This document shows positions 33,420 to 53,130 of a stretch of 64,000 bases of DNA, piece after piece. The stretch's first letter is position 1; each line of letters begins with the position of its first letter. The position numbers were made by a program, and so were the translations under genes. Origin of the DNA: the human T2T-CHM13v2.0 reference genome, Homo sapiens; assembly GCF_009914755.1 (NCBI RefSeq), contig NC_060927.1; one strand, given 5' to 3'. Under the pieces are notes generated by a model. That model did not search any database and was not told the DNA's origin. It saw nothing but the letters and a program-made list of their open reading frames with translations.

Positions 33420-33865
33420 TTCGCCCTAGAACTGCCCTTTCCTATAGAGGTCATTTCCACAGACATGTTATTTTTGACTTTCTTGGCTGCATTTAATTGA
33501 TCCAAGGATAGACACCTGACCAAGCTGGGCCAATCAGATTGTCTCTCCTGGAAATTTGAAATTTGACATAGCCATTCAAGTTAGGCTTTATAGGTACCTA
33601 AGAGGATGTATGGGAGGCTGAGGACACAAAAAAGCACAGGGAAAAAAATGATGCTCAAACTCAGAAAGAACAAAAATAAAAGACCAGGGAGCCTCACAAA
33701 GAGAGGTGAAGGAGGGAGAGACAGCTTGGTTTCTGGTGGCCTTCCAATACCCGTTTCTGGTGCTGCAGGAGACTCTCTCTAGCCCCTGTGTTCTGTGAAA
33801 CACCTTTATGTTTTGTTTTTGTGTCTCTTCGCTTAAGCAAGTTTGAGTGAGTTTCTGGAAGTTGG
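33420..33865. mobile_element. MLT1-type LTR relic
   Basis: cacctgaccaagctgggccaatcagatt..., gcttaagcaagtttgagtgagtttct. Confidence 0.5.
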
Positions 33866-33883
33866 GATCAAATCTTCCCTAAC

Positions 33884-34009
33884 GTGACAATGGGCCCTCG
33901 GGGTTTGTTAAAGCACGAAGGAGAGCCAGCAGCAACAACACTACATCCCCACAATCTGTGCTTGCTGCATTCTTGGGTCTGCTCTGTATTTCTTTGATGT
34001 GGTAAGTAC
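33884..34009 (-). pseudogene. Fossil gene exon (126 nt, phase 1-1)
   Basis: ctgtatAG|...tcac|GTtagg; fully open TYHIKEIQSRPKNAASTDCGDVVLLLLALLRALTNPEGPLS. Confidence 0.55.
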
Positions 34010-34253
34010 CTATACAGACCAAATAATGCTTTCAAAATGTTTCTAGTCACAACACACTGGCAGGAATATGGTTTGTATCATGACTTAGTTGATACGTTGT
34101 CATACATAAATATTTGATTGAAACAAGAGTACTTGCCACAGTACCTGACATATTTGCTGAAATAATTACATGAATAAATGAATGCAGTACAAGAAAACAA
34201 AGGTAAGGCCATGAATGCTTATGCTGACTTCGGAAAAAGAAACAGAAAAGTCA

Positions 34254-36230
<1,977 letters not shown>

Positions 36231-36826
36231 TTAAAAACAGAAATCAGACAAGGACCCCTCTAATCATCCCTTTTACTTAAAATACCACTAACAATATGGC
36301 AATTGTTGTTAGTCAAGACAACAGAATAAAAGAAAAAATTATTAAAGTGACATAATCATGTAATTAGCAAATCCAAACAAACTATCTGTCTTAGGCCAAC
36401 ACTATTCCTGGTTATGCAAGTCTTGATGTGGTTCTTTCAGAGTTGTGACTAAGAAGAGTAAAATCTTCCAGTCTCAACAAACAAGAAAGCTTGGGAATCC
36501 ATGTACAGAAACCAGTGAAATAATGACCCACACTTCTCCACATATTTTAATGAACCCTTAGTCATGAAATTACAATCATGTTGCCCGATTATATTTCATT
36601 TTATTACCATTACAGATCATTTATGTCATATTTTTCTGATTTTTAACAGTATATTGTTCCTATGCATTCACTATAGAAAAAGTTAAAACATCCAGATAAA
36701 TAAAAATAATATGAACATTTGCCTGAAGTGTAGATACAGATTGCAAGGGATAACAATGAAAATACCATAAGCTATTTCACAAAACTAAAACTCCATGGTA
36801 AATTTTAACAAAAGAATAAGCCAACA

Positions 36827-37120
<294 letters not shown>

Positions 37121-37357
37121 TATGAATATTTGAACCTCATATAAAAGAACAGCTATCACCAGCCTCTGGATAAGCGACAGTTAGAGATGGCTAAATATCA
37201 TTAGGAAAAATGCTTGACAAGTCATCTAGTGGAAAAATGCTTTGCCTCACTAACAATCAAAGATACACAAATATAAATATTTTAAAGGTATCATTATTGA
37301 TCAGACTTTGGAAATAAATACACCTAGATATTATATTTGCATTTCAAATCAGTCTGA

Positions 37358-37657
37358 TTTTTTTTTTTCTTGAGACAGAGTGTCACTCACTCTGTTGCCC
37401 AGGCTGGAGTGCAGTGACACGATCTTGGCTTACTGCAGTCTGTGCTTCCTGGGTTCAAGCAATTCTCCTGCCTCAGCCTCCCAAGTACCTGGGACTACAG
37501 GCGTGTGCCACCATGCCTGGCTAATTTTTGTATTTTTAGTAGAGACGGGGTTTCCCCATGTCGGCCAGGCTGGTCTCAAACTCCTGACTTCAGGTGATCC
37601 GCCCGCCTCAGCCTCCCAAAGTGCTGGGATTACAGGCATGAGCTACTGCGCCCAGCC
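37358..37657 (-). mobile_element. Alu (S)
   Basis: TSD about aaatYRgtctgattttt. Confidence 0.95.
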
Positions 37658-38219
37658 AGAAATTGGTCTGATTTTTATCAGCACCAACTGGCTGGCTAGA
37701 ATGCTGCTTACACCTTTGACCTGCTAATTTCACCTCTAGGAATGGAACACTAAGAAAGCTTGCATTCTAGGCCAAAGTTTCTATACTAGGATTGTTTTGA
37801 ATAGTTTAGACAAGCAAAACCTTAGAAACACCAAAAACTCCAGCAACAGAACATAATTAACCAAACTGAGATATTTTAACATGATGGAATAGTTTATACA
37901 ACAATATCAATAACTTTGATAACCATATCTTGAGCACTTGTTATGTGCCAGACACTGCGTTGAGTGATTTAAATATCCTATTTTGTATTTGCATTTAATT
38001 GCTCAATATTTTCTATCTCAGGTAGATAATTGCAAATGAGAAAATGAAGGCTCAGAGAGTTGCATAATGGGCCCAAGTTTACAATTAATAATAGCAGACA
38101 GACAACTCAGGTCTGTCTGACTCCAAAACCTTTAAAAACTCTTTCCACTTTATCGTGAAGTTGCAGGATCCAAATATGGCAAACCCCAGAGGCTGGAGGA
38201 AAAGTCAGAAGACATAAAC

Positions 38220-38689
<470 letters not shown>

Positions 38690-38886
38690 TATAAATACCA
38701 TTTTCAAATGAAACCTTTATGCACCCTTCTTGGCTCTCTCTGTAAACCATTTCTCTATACCTGCTTTGTCTCCTTGACACTCTTGTCACAAATCCTGCCT
38801 CTTTTCCTATCAGTTTCTGCCAGACCCCTGACCCCTCCCATCTCTCCTAGCCATCACCCACTCCTCCCCTCTAAAAGGGCAGATAC

Positions 38887-38937
38887 CTGCTGCTGAAGGG
38901 ACAGAGCAAGACCCAGGACAGGGCCATCTCTCCAGGG
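38887..38937 (-). pseudogene. Fossil gene candidate first coding exon (51 nt)
   Basis: ttctctttcccAG|...gcagcag|GTatct. Contains gagATGg MALSWVLLCP and ends SAAG in phase 1 (one indel needed to join these frames). Confidence 0.4.
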
Positions 38938-39122
38938 CTGGGAAAGAGAATTCAAAACTGATACAACACGTAAACTTGAAAGCTCACTCCTGGGAGCTGG
39001 ACAGGGCAGAAAGGTACTAAAGCAGGTGGGTCTGGTACCTCCAGGCGAATGCTGTGACTGAAGCCTTGCTTCCCCAGAACAGAGGGGACTGAAGGGTAGG
39101 GGAGCAGCCTCACCAAGCATGA

Positions 39123-39528
<406 letters not shown>

Positions 39529-39684
39529 TAAATATCAATATTGCCATTAGGCAGACTAATCTGTATGTGTGTTGCTGATAAATAAGATTGCTTCACTAAT
39601 CCCCAGGAACGGGCCCAAGATACCCCCATTTAATGGAAAGCATGAACTTAAAATGTATCTGGTGGGAGTGGGGAAAGCAGTAGT

Positions 39685-39842
39685 TTTTTTATTATTATTA
39701 TTATACTTTAAGTTCTAGAGTACATGTGCACAACGTGCAGGTTTGTTACATATGTATACATGTGCCATGTTGGTGTGCTGCACCCATTAACTCATCATTT
39801 ACATTAGGTATATCTCCTAATGCTATCCCTACCCCCTCCCCC
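39685..39842 (-). mobile_element. Short L1PA 3' end
   Basis: ttatactttaagttctag..acatgtgcacaacgtgcagg. Confidence 0.85.
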
Positions 39843-39892
39843 AGGGTCAAGTCTGAGAATCATCAGGAAAACTTCAGATACAGAATTCTTCA

Positions 39893-40279
<387 letters not shown>

Positions 40280-40357
40280 CTAATCCTGGAAAAGTGTACC
40301 TTATAATGGAGGAGAAATTCTCCACACCTAGTCATAGCCCAGCAGAAGGATTAGGTG

Positions 40358-40383
40358 CACACACACACACACACACACACACA
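40358..40383. repeat. (CA)n microsatellite
   Basis: Direct reading. Confidence 0.95.
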
Positions 40384-40451
40384 GCAGACTGCACTCAAGA
40401 GGTACAAATACAAACAGGAAATGGCTTAATTTTTCTCCTAATGCCCTTTAA

Positions 40452-40781
<330 letters not shown>

Positions 40782-40974
40782 AGCTGGATCTCTTCTTTTA
40801 GCCCCTGGACACCTCAGGAAGATCTTTAAGTTTTTCAGGCTCTTGTGGTTGTATGAATAGCCTCATTTGGGGATGTTTTTAAAATTCTACTCCAATGTAA
40901 ACAAAAAACTCACATCCAATCCCCCTCACCTCAGGCCTGATCTGTGGCTAGGGGATCAACACTGAAGAAGATCA

Positions 40975-41331
<357 letters not shown>

Positions 41332-41705
41332 TCACTGCCTGTTGCAGAGTTCACTCTGCCAGGAAATTCATATAACTTTGCCCCACCAAACAGTGGCTCT
41401 CACTCCTTACCATGCCATCATGGTCTTCTCTAGCCTTCCTCTTGCCTTAATGGTTTTCTAGGTAGGAAGCAAACATTGGCCTCTGTGTTTAGTATAACTA
41501 ACTCCAACACCACACCATTCAACCACAACACCTCCCCAACCCCATAAACTCCAAAGTCTGCATGTCAGGCTTCCCAAGAACTCTCTTAGCTTTCAGCCCT
41601 GGCTCCATGGAAACACAGGGGCTGTGATTCCTTCTCAGCCCATCACTTGAGCACATCTCCTACCCTGCTCCTAGGCAAGCAATCTGTTATCTGTAAGATT
41701 GCTTG

Positions 41706-41796
41706 CTTAGAACTCCTAGACTTCTATGCTTCTTGCACCCTTAGAACTCCTAGGCTTCTATGCTTCTTGCACCCTTAGAACTCCTAGGCTTCTATG
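41706..41796. repeat. 34-bp minisatellite, about 2.7 copies
   Basis: Unit ttagaactcctaggcttctatgcttcttgcaccc at 41707, 41741, 41775. Confidence 0.95.
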
Positions 41797-43218
41797 AGGC
41801 TGAAGGTGGATGACAGAGGCTGACAGTCACAGGACCAGTTCTGCCATTTTTTAGACAACCTTGAGGGGATATCTAAAATCATTCTTTAGAAATAAAGAGG
41901 AATTCTTATCAGCTTTGAGAATTTAACCAAAATTATGAGACATCAGGAAAATCCCATTCCATATTGTTTTACATTAACAATTAAGAACCAATTAAGTTCT
42001 ATTTCTTGACCTGGTCACTGGTTACTTGGGTGTGTTCTGTTTTGGAAAAATGTATGGAGCTATGTGCTTATGCTCTGTTTATTTCTCTTTATTAGGTTAT
42101 ACTTCCATAAAAAGCTTACTTACAGGAAATTATCCAGGATTCTCCCCCAACCCTGTGTGCTGGATTCTGTGCCAGCTATTTTACATCTCTTATCTCATGT
42201 AATCAGGCTGGCTACATTTATTGAGCATCTACTATATGCCAGCAGTATGTTATATTCTTTGTTTTCTTTTGATTTTTATTGTGATGTATAACATACACAT
42301 AAAAAATTCAGTTTAACAAATAGTTATAAAGTGAACATACATGTAACCACCACCCAGATCAAAAAATATATTGCCAGCACCCCAGAAGCCCCTTATGTAT
42401 CTCTTCATAATCATAATCCCCTGCAATACTCTTCATATGCATTATTTAATTTAATCCTCACAAAAATCCTGGGAAGTTATTACCAGTAGCTGCAAGCTGA
42501 AAAATTCCCAGAGTTCACCCAGACCTAGGAGACATTTGAGTTCTGATCAGCCAGAAAGAAGAAACTGTATTAAGCACCTGGGGCATTCAGTAAAGACCCC
42601 AGAAGCACCACACCTTGCTTGTAGGACTACCCTAGTCCCAGAGTAAAGGATACTCTAGACCTACAATAACAAAACTTAAAAACAAGCTTCAGACAGATCA
42701 AACTGATTTTCTAATAAATTGTCTGCCAGAATAAAGTCTAACATATTTAAAAGGAAAAAAGCAAAATTGAGCACTCAACAAATGTTGAAATGTCCAGCAT
42801 CCAATCAAAAATCACCAGAGTAGGCAAGAATGGTTGTGTGCACCTGTTCCCAGCTACTTAGGAGGCTGAAGCTGGAAGGTTGCTTGAGCTGGGAGTTCTA
42901 ATCTAGCCTAGACAACATAGCAAGACCCTGTCCTAAAATACAATTACAAGACATACAAAGAAGTTTTTTTTTTAATTTTAAGAAGTGATCCATGACTAGA
43001 AGAAAAATCAAATTCAGAAATGACAGAGGTAATGAAATTAGCAAAAAAAACAAAAAAAAAAAAAAACAAAAAAAAACCCAAAAGCAAAAACAACTATTGT
43101 AGCTATGTTCAAGTATTTAAAAGAAAAATGAATGTAATGCAGAGAGAAATGGGAGATATAGATAAGCGCCAAATGGAAATCCCAGAGATGAAAATATAAT
43201 GTTTGAAATACAAAATTT

Positions 43219-43556
<338 letters not shown>

Positions 43557-43809
43557 TCAGTGAACTTGGAGGCATAGAAATAGAAACTATCCAGAGAGAA
43601 AAGCACAGAAAGAAAAAAGATTGAAAAAACTGATCAGAGTTTCAGTGACCTGTAGGGCAATATAAAGTGGTATAATGGGATTACAAGATGCAGAAGTGGG
43701 GGAGTGACAGAAATAATATTAAACAAAAATATTGCTCAAATTTTCCAAATGTAATAGAAACTATAAACCTGTAGCTTCAAGAATCCCAACAAACCTTCAC
43801 GCAAGATAA

Positions 43810-43811
<2 letters not shown>

Positions 43812-43856
<45 letters not shown>
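43812..43856. repeat. (CA)n microsatellite
   Basis: Direct reading. Confidence 0.95.
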
Positions 43857-43858
<2 letters not shown>

Positions 43859-44799
43859 GCATATAACAATCAAACAGCTGGGGGGAAGTGATAAGAAGAA
43901 AATATTAAAAGTAGGCAGAGGAAAAAACATAACATACAAAGGAAAAAAATAGAATGATCACTGACTTCTCATCAGAAACTATGCAAGCCATCTTTAAAGT
44001 GCTGCAAGTAAAACAAAACAAAAAGAAAAACTATCAACCTAGAATTCTGTATCCAGTGAAAATATCCTTCAAAAACAAGGTAATACTTTTTTAGACAAAA
44101 GCTGAGATAATTTGTCACTAGTAGATCTGTTATCTATGTTTAAAAAAGAAAAAAAGAAAGAAAACATTCTTCAGGCAAAAGGAAAATTATACCAGATGGA
44201 AACTTAGATTGACATAAAAAATGAAGAGTGCCAAAAATGGTAAATATGTGGGTACATATACAATACATTTTTCTGTCATATTTTAATTTCTATAAAAGGT
44301 AATAGCTATTTAAAGCAAAAATAATAACTAGGCATGGCAGGATTTATAACATACATAGAAGTAAAATGTATGACAATAATAGCATCAGTGACAAAAAGGG
44401 GAAAATGAAAGTATAATAAGTTTCTTACACTAGAAATGAAATAGTATATTTTTGAAAATAGACTATGATAAATTGAATATGGATATTGTAAATCTTAGAG
44501 CACCCACTAAAAAATAAGACAAAAAAAGATATACAGATAATAAGCCCATTGTGGAGAAGAAAATACTCCATCCAAAAAGAAGTCAGAGAAAAAGGGGAAA
44601 AATGACCAAGCAGATGGGACAAATGGGAGATAAATGGCATACCGATACATTAAAATACAACCATATCAAAAATTACGTTAAATGTAAATGATCTAACACT
44701 TTAAAGGGCAGAGATTATCAAATTTGATTTAAAAAGCAAGATGCAACTGTATGCTGCTTATAATAAACTCATTTTAAATATAAAGATATGGAAAGATTG

Positions 44800-47270
44800 G
44801 CTCTCTCCCTCTCCCTCTCCCTCTCCCTCTCCACGGTCTCCTTCCACGGTCTCCCTCTGATGCCGAGCCGAAGCTGGACTGTACTGCTGCGATCTCGGCT
44901 CACTGCAACCTCCATGCCTGATTCTCCTGCCTCAGCCTGCCGAGTGCCTGCGATTGCAGGCGCGCGTCGCCACGCCTGACTGGTTTTCGTTTTTTTTTGG
45001 TGGAGACGGGGTTTTGCTGTGTTGGCCGGGCTGGTCTCCAGCTCCTAACCGCGAGTGATCCGCCAGCCTCGGCCTCCCGAGGTGCCGGGATTGCAGACGG
45101 AGTCTCGTTCACTCAGTGCTCAATGGTGCCAAGGCTGGAGTGCAGTGGCGTGATCTCGGCTCGCTACAACCACCTCCCAGCCGCCTGCCTTGGCCTCCCA
45201 AAGAGCCGAGATTGCAGCCTCTGCCCGGCCGCCACCCCGTCTGGGAAGTGAGGAGCGTCTCTGCCTGGCCGCCCATCGTCTGGGATATGAGGAGCCCCTC
45301 TGCCTGGCTGCCCAGTCTGGAAAGTGAGGAGCGTCTCTGCCCGTCCGCCATCCCATCTAGGAAGCGAGGAGCGCCACTTCCCCGCCGCCATCCCATCTAG
45401 GAAGTGAGGAGCGTCTCTGCCCGGCCGCCCATCGTCTGAGAGGTGGGGAGCACCTCTGCCCCGCCGCCCTGTCTGGGATGTGAGGAGCGCCTCTGCCCGG
45501 CCGCCCCGTCTGAGAAGTGAGGAAACCCTCTGCCTGGCAACCGCCCCGTCTGAGAAGTGAGGAGCCCCTCCGTCCAGCAGCCACCCCGTCTGGGAAGTGA
45601 GGAGCGTCTCCGCCCGGCAGCCACCCCGTCCGGGAGGGAGGTGGGGGGGGGGTCAGCCCCCCGCCCGGCCAGCCGCCCCGTCCGGGAGGTGAGGGGCTCC
45701 TCTGCCCGGCCGCCCCTACTGGGAAGTGAGGAGCCCCTCTGCCCGGCCGGTCGCCCCGTCCAGGAGGGAGGTGGGGGGGTCAGCCCCCCGCCCGGCCAGC
45801 CGCCCAGTCCGGGAGGGGGGAGGGGGGGTCAGCCCCCTGCCCGGCCAGCCGCCCCGTCCGGGAGGGAGGTGGGGGGATCAGCCCCCCGCCTGGCCAGCCG
45901 CCCCGTCCGGGAGGTGAGGGGCGCCTCTGCCCGGCCGCCCCTACTGGGAAGTGAGGAGCCCCTCTGCCCGGCCAGCCGCCCCGTCCGGGAGGGAGGTGGG
46001 GGGGTCAGCCCCCCGCCCGGCCGGCCGCCCCGTCCGGGAGGTGAGGGGCGCCTCTGCCCGGCCGCCCCTACTGGGAAGTGAGGACCCCTCTGCCCGGCCA
46101 GCCGCCCCGTCCGGGAGGGAGGTGGGGGGATCAGCCCCCCGCCCGGCCAGCCGCCCAGTCCGGGAGGGAGGTGGGGGGTCAGCCCCTCGCCCGGCCAACC
46201 GCCCCATCCGGGAGGGAGGTGGGGGGGGTCAGCCCCCCGCCCGGCCAGCCGCCCCGTCCGGGAGGGGGGAGGGGGAGTCAGCCCCCTGCCCGGCCAGCCG
46301 CCCCGTCCGGGAGGGAGGTGGGGGGATCAGCCCCCCGCCTGGCCAGCCGCCCCGTCCGGGAGGTGAGGGGCGCCTCTGCCCGGCCGCCCCTACTGGGAAG
46401 TGAGGAGCCCCTCTGCCCGGCCAGCCGCCCGGTCCGGGAGGGAGGCGGCGGGGGGGGGGGGGGGGGGGGGGGGGGTCGGCCAGCCGCCCCGTCCGGGAGG
46501 GAGGTGGAGGGGTCAGCCCCCCGCCCGGCCAGCCGCCCTATCCAGGAGGTGAGGGGCGCCTCTGCCCGGCCGCCCCTACTGGGAAGTGAGGAGCCCCTCT
46601 GCCTGGCCAGCCGCCCCGTCCGGGACGGTGGTGGGGGGGTCAGCCCCCCGCCCGGCCAGCCGCCCCATCCGGGAGGTGAGGGGCGCTTCTGCCCGGCCGC
46701 CCCTACTGGGAAGTGAGGAGCCCCTCTGCCCGGCCACGACCCCGTCTGGGAGGTGTGCCCAGCGGCTCATTGGGGATGGGCCATGATGACAATGGCGGTT
46801 TTGTGGAATAGAAAGGCGGGAAGGGTGGGGAAAAAATTGAGAAATCGAATGGTTGCCGGGTCTGTGTGGATAGAAGTAGACATGGGAGACTTTTCATTTT
46901 GTTCTGTACTAAGAAAAATTCTTCTGCCTTGGGATCCTGTTGATCTGTGACCTTATCCCCAACCCTGTGCTCTCTGAAACATGTGCTGTGTCCACTCAGG
47001 GTTAAATGGATTAAGGGCGGTGCAAGATGTGCTTTGTTAAACAGATGCTTGAAGGCAGCATGCTCGTTAAGAGTCATCACCACTCCCTAATCTTAAGTAC
47101 CCAGGGACACAAACACTGCGGAAGGCCGCAGGGTCCTCTGCCTAGGAAAACCAGAGACCTTTGTTCACTTGTTTATCTGCTGACCTTCCCTCCACTATTG
47201 TCCTATGACCCTGCCAAATCCCCTTCTGCGAGAAACACCCAAGAATGATCAATAAAAAAAAAAAAAAAAA
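44800..47270 (+). mobile_element. Full-length SVA retrotransposon (probably SVA_E)
   Basis: CCCTCT hexamers, Alu-like domain, GC-rich VNTR (about 45200-46750), SINE-R, AATAAA plus polyA. Perfect 18-bp TSD aaagatatggaaagattg at 44782-44799 and 47268-47285. Confidence 0.97.
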
Positions 47271-47449
47271 GATATGGAAAGATTGTAAGTAAAAGGATTT
47301 TTCTTAATAAAGCTGGCTTTTATAAAGTAAAATGATAAAAACATTAAACCATACAAATACTAACCAACAGAAATCTGGACAATGAAGTGTTTTGTTTTTG
47401 TTTTGGTTTTGGTTTTGGTTTTGTTTTGTTTTGTTTTACCTTTTTAAAA

Positions 47450-48270
47450 AAATTATTTATTTATTTATTTATTTTTATTTTATTATTATTATACTTTAAG
47501 TTTTAGGGTACACACACAATGTGCAGGTTTGTTACATATGTATACATGTGCCATGTTGGTGTGCTGCACCCATTAACTCGTCATTTAGCATTAGGTATAT
47601 CTCCAAATGCTATCCCTCCCCCCTCCCCCCACCCCACAACAGTCCCTGGAGTGTGATGTTCCCCTTTCTGTGTCCATGTGTTCTCATTGTTCAATTCCCA
47701 CCTATGAGTGAGAACATGCGGTGTTTGGTTTTTTGCCCTTGCCATAGTTTGCTGAGAATGATGGTTTCCAGTTTCATCCATGTCCCTACAAAGGACGTGA
47801 ACTCATCATTTTTTATGGCTGCATAGTATTCCATGGTGTATATGTGCCACATTTTCTTAATCCAGTCTATTGTTGTTGGACATTTGGGTTGGTTCCAAGT
47901 CTTTGCTATTGTGAATAGTGCTGCAATAAACATACGTGTGCATGTGTCTTTATAGCAGCATGACTTATAATCCTTTGGGTATATACCCAGTAATGTGATG
48001 GCTGGGTCAAATGGTATTTCTAGTTCTAGATCACTGAGGAATCGCCACACTGACTTCCACAATGGTTGAACTCGTTTACAGTCCCACCAACAATGTAAAA
48101 TTGTTCCTATTTCTCCACATCCTCTCCAGCACCTTTTGTTTCCTGACTTTTTAATGATCGCCATACTAACTGGTGTGAGATGGTATCTCATAGTTGTTTT
48201 GATTTGCATTTCTCTGATGGCCAGTGATGATGAGCATTTTTTCATGTGTTTTTTGGCTGCATAAATGTCT
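47450..48270 (-). mobile_element. 5'-truncated L1PA (young primate L1)
   Basis: ORF 47691..48287 is the L1 ORF2 C-terminus ([20 protein letters not shown]) plus 3'UTR. Confidence 0.92.
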
Positions 48271-48553
48271 ATAAGACCAAGTCTCACTCTGTTGCCCAGG
48301 CTGGAGTGCAGTGACGTGATCTCAGCTCATTGCAACCTCCGCCTCCTGGGTTCAAGCGATTCTCATGCCTCAGCCTCCTGAGTAGCTGGGACTACAGGTG
48401 TGAGCCACCACGCCTGGCTAATTTTTGTATTTTTAGTACAGATGGAGTTTTACCATGTTGGTCAGGCTGGTCTTGGATTCCTGACCTCAAGTGATCTGCC
48501 TGCCTCGGCCTCCCAAAGTGCAGGGATTACAGGCGTGAGCCCTCATGCCCAGC
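48271..48553 (-). mobile_element. Alu whose tail was displaced by L1PA
   Basis: TSD tgaagtgtttt at about 47383 and 48554. Confidence 0.9.
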
Positions 48554-48680
48554 TGAAGTGTTTTAAAATTAGATTGTGGTGATGTTTGCACAACCTAAAT
48601 TGAATTATACATTTCAAATGAATGAATTGTATGATATGTAAACTATATCTCAGTAAATATGTTTTTTTAAAAAAGAAAGC

Positions 48681-49092
<412 letters not shown>

Positions 49093-49658
49093 TCATAAAA
49101 AATAAATAACAATAATTGATGTGTCTGCACTGAATAATATAATTTCAAAATACGTGCAGCAAAATTGACTAAACTAAAGGAGAAAGACAAATCCATAATT
49201 ACATTTGGAGATATAAACACTTCTTACCCAATAGTTGGTAAAATAAGTAGTCAGAAAATCAGTAAGGATATCAAAGATTTGAACAATGCTATTGACCAAC
49301 TTGACCTAGCTAACATTTATAGAACACATCACTTAGCAAAAGAAGAAATATTTTCAAGTGCACATGAAATAGTCACCAAGATAGACCATACGTTGAGCCA
49401 TCAAACAAGAATGGGACCACTAATGTTTTAAATTCTTGGGGCTTTTTGGATCAAGCATCTTAATCAGATATTGAGTCTCAAGTCCCTGTTAAGTGTCTAT
49501 GACACCGGTTTCTGCCCTGTTCTTCATGACCCAAGTCCTTCCAGAGGCTGAACTCAGCTTCTGAAGTCCAGGCCCTGCACCTGTATAGTTCCTGATACTT
49601 TCTGCTGATGTCCCTGGCACTGAATTGCTAGACTTGCCTGGCCACTAGCCACTGATAG

Positions 49659-50600
<942 letters not shown>

Positions 50601-50714
50601 TCCCCTCCAAGCCATACTCAAATATGAGAATGGTGATCCTAGTGCCTATCAGAGATGGCAACACCAGACCTAGTTCAATTCTTGTTTAACAGAAAAATAG
50701 AATAGGAAAGAACT

Positions 50715-50940
50715 ATTATTTGTTAAACAGAGAGTATACACCAGGCCCTATGCTTCACATTGTTTCTCTTATCTAATCCTTACTACATCCCTATTATTAA
50801 TATCATATCCATTTTACAGATATGGAAGTTGAGGTTCTGAGAGGTTACAGAACTTGCCCAACCTCACTCAACCAGTAAGTAGCAGAACTGGGATTTGAAC
50901 CCAGTTCTCTCTGACTCCGGAACCCAATGAGTTTTCTATG
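50715..50940 (-). mobile_element. MIR
   Basis: attttacagatatggaagttgaggttctgagaggtta. Confidence 0.65.
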
Positions 50941-52010
50941 CCAGCCCACTGCTTCCAGGAAAAAGAGTTCAAGATGAAGAGGTTAGGGCATTTCAGCAGC
51001 TTCACTCACTAAGACTCCTAGGAATGGAGCAGGCCAACAGAGCAGCCATTGTTTGATGTCCTGTGACTGCAAAAACTGGCTTTTGGCTTTATTATTATGC
51101 CTTTGGAGATGGGGCCCAAAATGAGCAAATTTGCCTTTAGGTATCAGAGAAGTTCCATATCAGATAATGATTCTGGCTGTGCACTGGAGGAGTACTCCGA
51201 GGTCCCCTGGGCCTTAGACCAGAGCAAATCTAGCTCTCTTTTGCTTGCTTATCAGAGGAAAATGTCCTTATATTAACATCCCTGGAAAGAAACATCTGAT
51301 TAAAGGGCTTGTATACCAGTTGCTACAACATGATAATGACATATAGTATTGTCAGTCTTTGAAAGAAGATGAGAATAAAGAATTCCAAGTGTTCAGTGCT
51401 TAGCAGCAGAAAGAAGCACTTGGAAGAGGCATGATTAAACTTTTGTCTAGAGCAGGAATGCACGCTATGTGTGAGCAATGTGGGTTGAAGATCAACTGAG
51501 GTAAAATTGCAGTGTTTGCCTCTCGAGTGGGCCCTGGAGTGTACTGGTACTCATTCTGTTTTGTCTGTTTCACGTGTAAAGAGCTGCTGGTCAACCTCGT
51601 CTATTTTTATCAGGATGAAAAAATTCACTGTGGCAGGCACCATGCTGAATTGCTCAAACCCTGATGCTCAGCATGTGCTGAGATAATTTTGTTGATGTTT
51701 GCACAGAAACTGAGAGTCACCATTGGCACATGAAACACTTCTGCTGCCTTGAGCGCAAAATGGTCCCCAGAGGACAAGGTATGTTATGAAGGATAGCCAC
51801 CCATTCTGCTGTGGTGGTTTTGAGCCTGTCTATGCAGAGTGCTGTGAAATCTGTGGGAACATATTAGTGTCGACCATGTGCAGATGACCTATGATGGGAA
51901 GTTCTGGCGTGCTGCAGAAGCATGCTTTTCTCGTGTCTAGCATAAATCCTTTTTGTTGGATGTCTCTTCTTTACCAAAGTCAGATTTATTACTCAAAAAT
52001 ATGCCACCTC

Positions 52011-52368
<358 letters not shown>

Positions 52369-52745
52369 TCAAGAAACACCAGAAAAAGTATCTGAATGAG
52401 CAAAAGCAGTTGGTCAGCAGATCAGTGTAGACAGTCTCTCCTCTTGTTCCCTGCTCTGAACTACAAGTTTTCTGGCCTTTTGGGCGATGCTGATGACACT
52501 CTTTCTCAGAAATTGTATATTCTGAGTCTCTCCAGGCAAGGAACATTTTTATCAATGCGGAATTTTGGAAAGACAGAGTACAGCATTAAACCCCAGAAGA
52601 CCCTGAAGGACTGGGTGGGCATGAAGATTATATGACATAGCTCCTCCTCAAATTTGGTGATAAAAGCCTCTTCAGCAGCAGCCCAATGAGATGGATATTT
52701 GAGCCAATCAGCACTGGATATCTGATAGCATGTTCGAAAATAACA

Positions 52746-53130
<385 letters not shown>

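Noticed and set aside
41706-41796. CRISPR-like repeat length
   Set aside because: Head-to-tail units without spacers in primate DNA; a minisatellite.
45109-46786. Long Pro/Gly/Arg-rich ORFs
   Set aside because: Translations of the GC-rich SVA VNTR.
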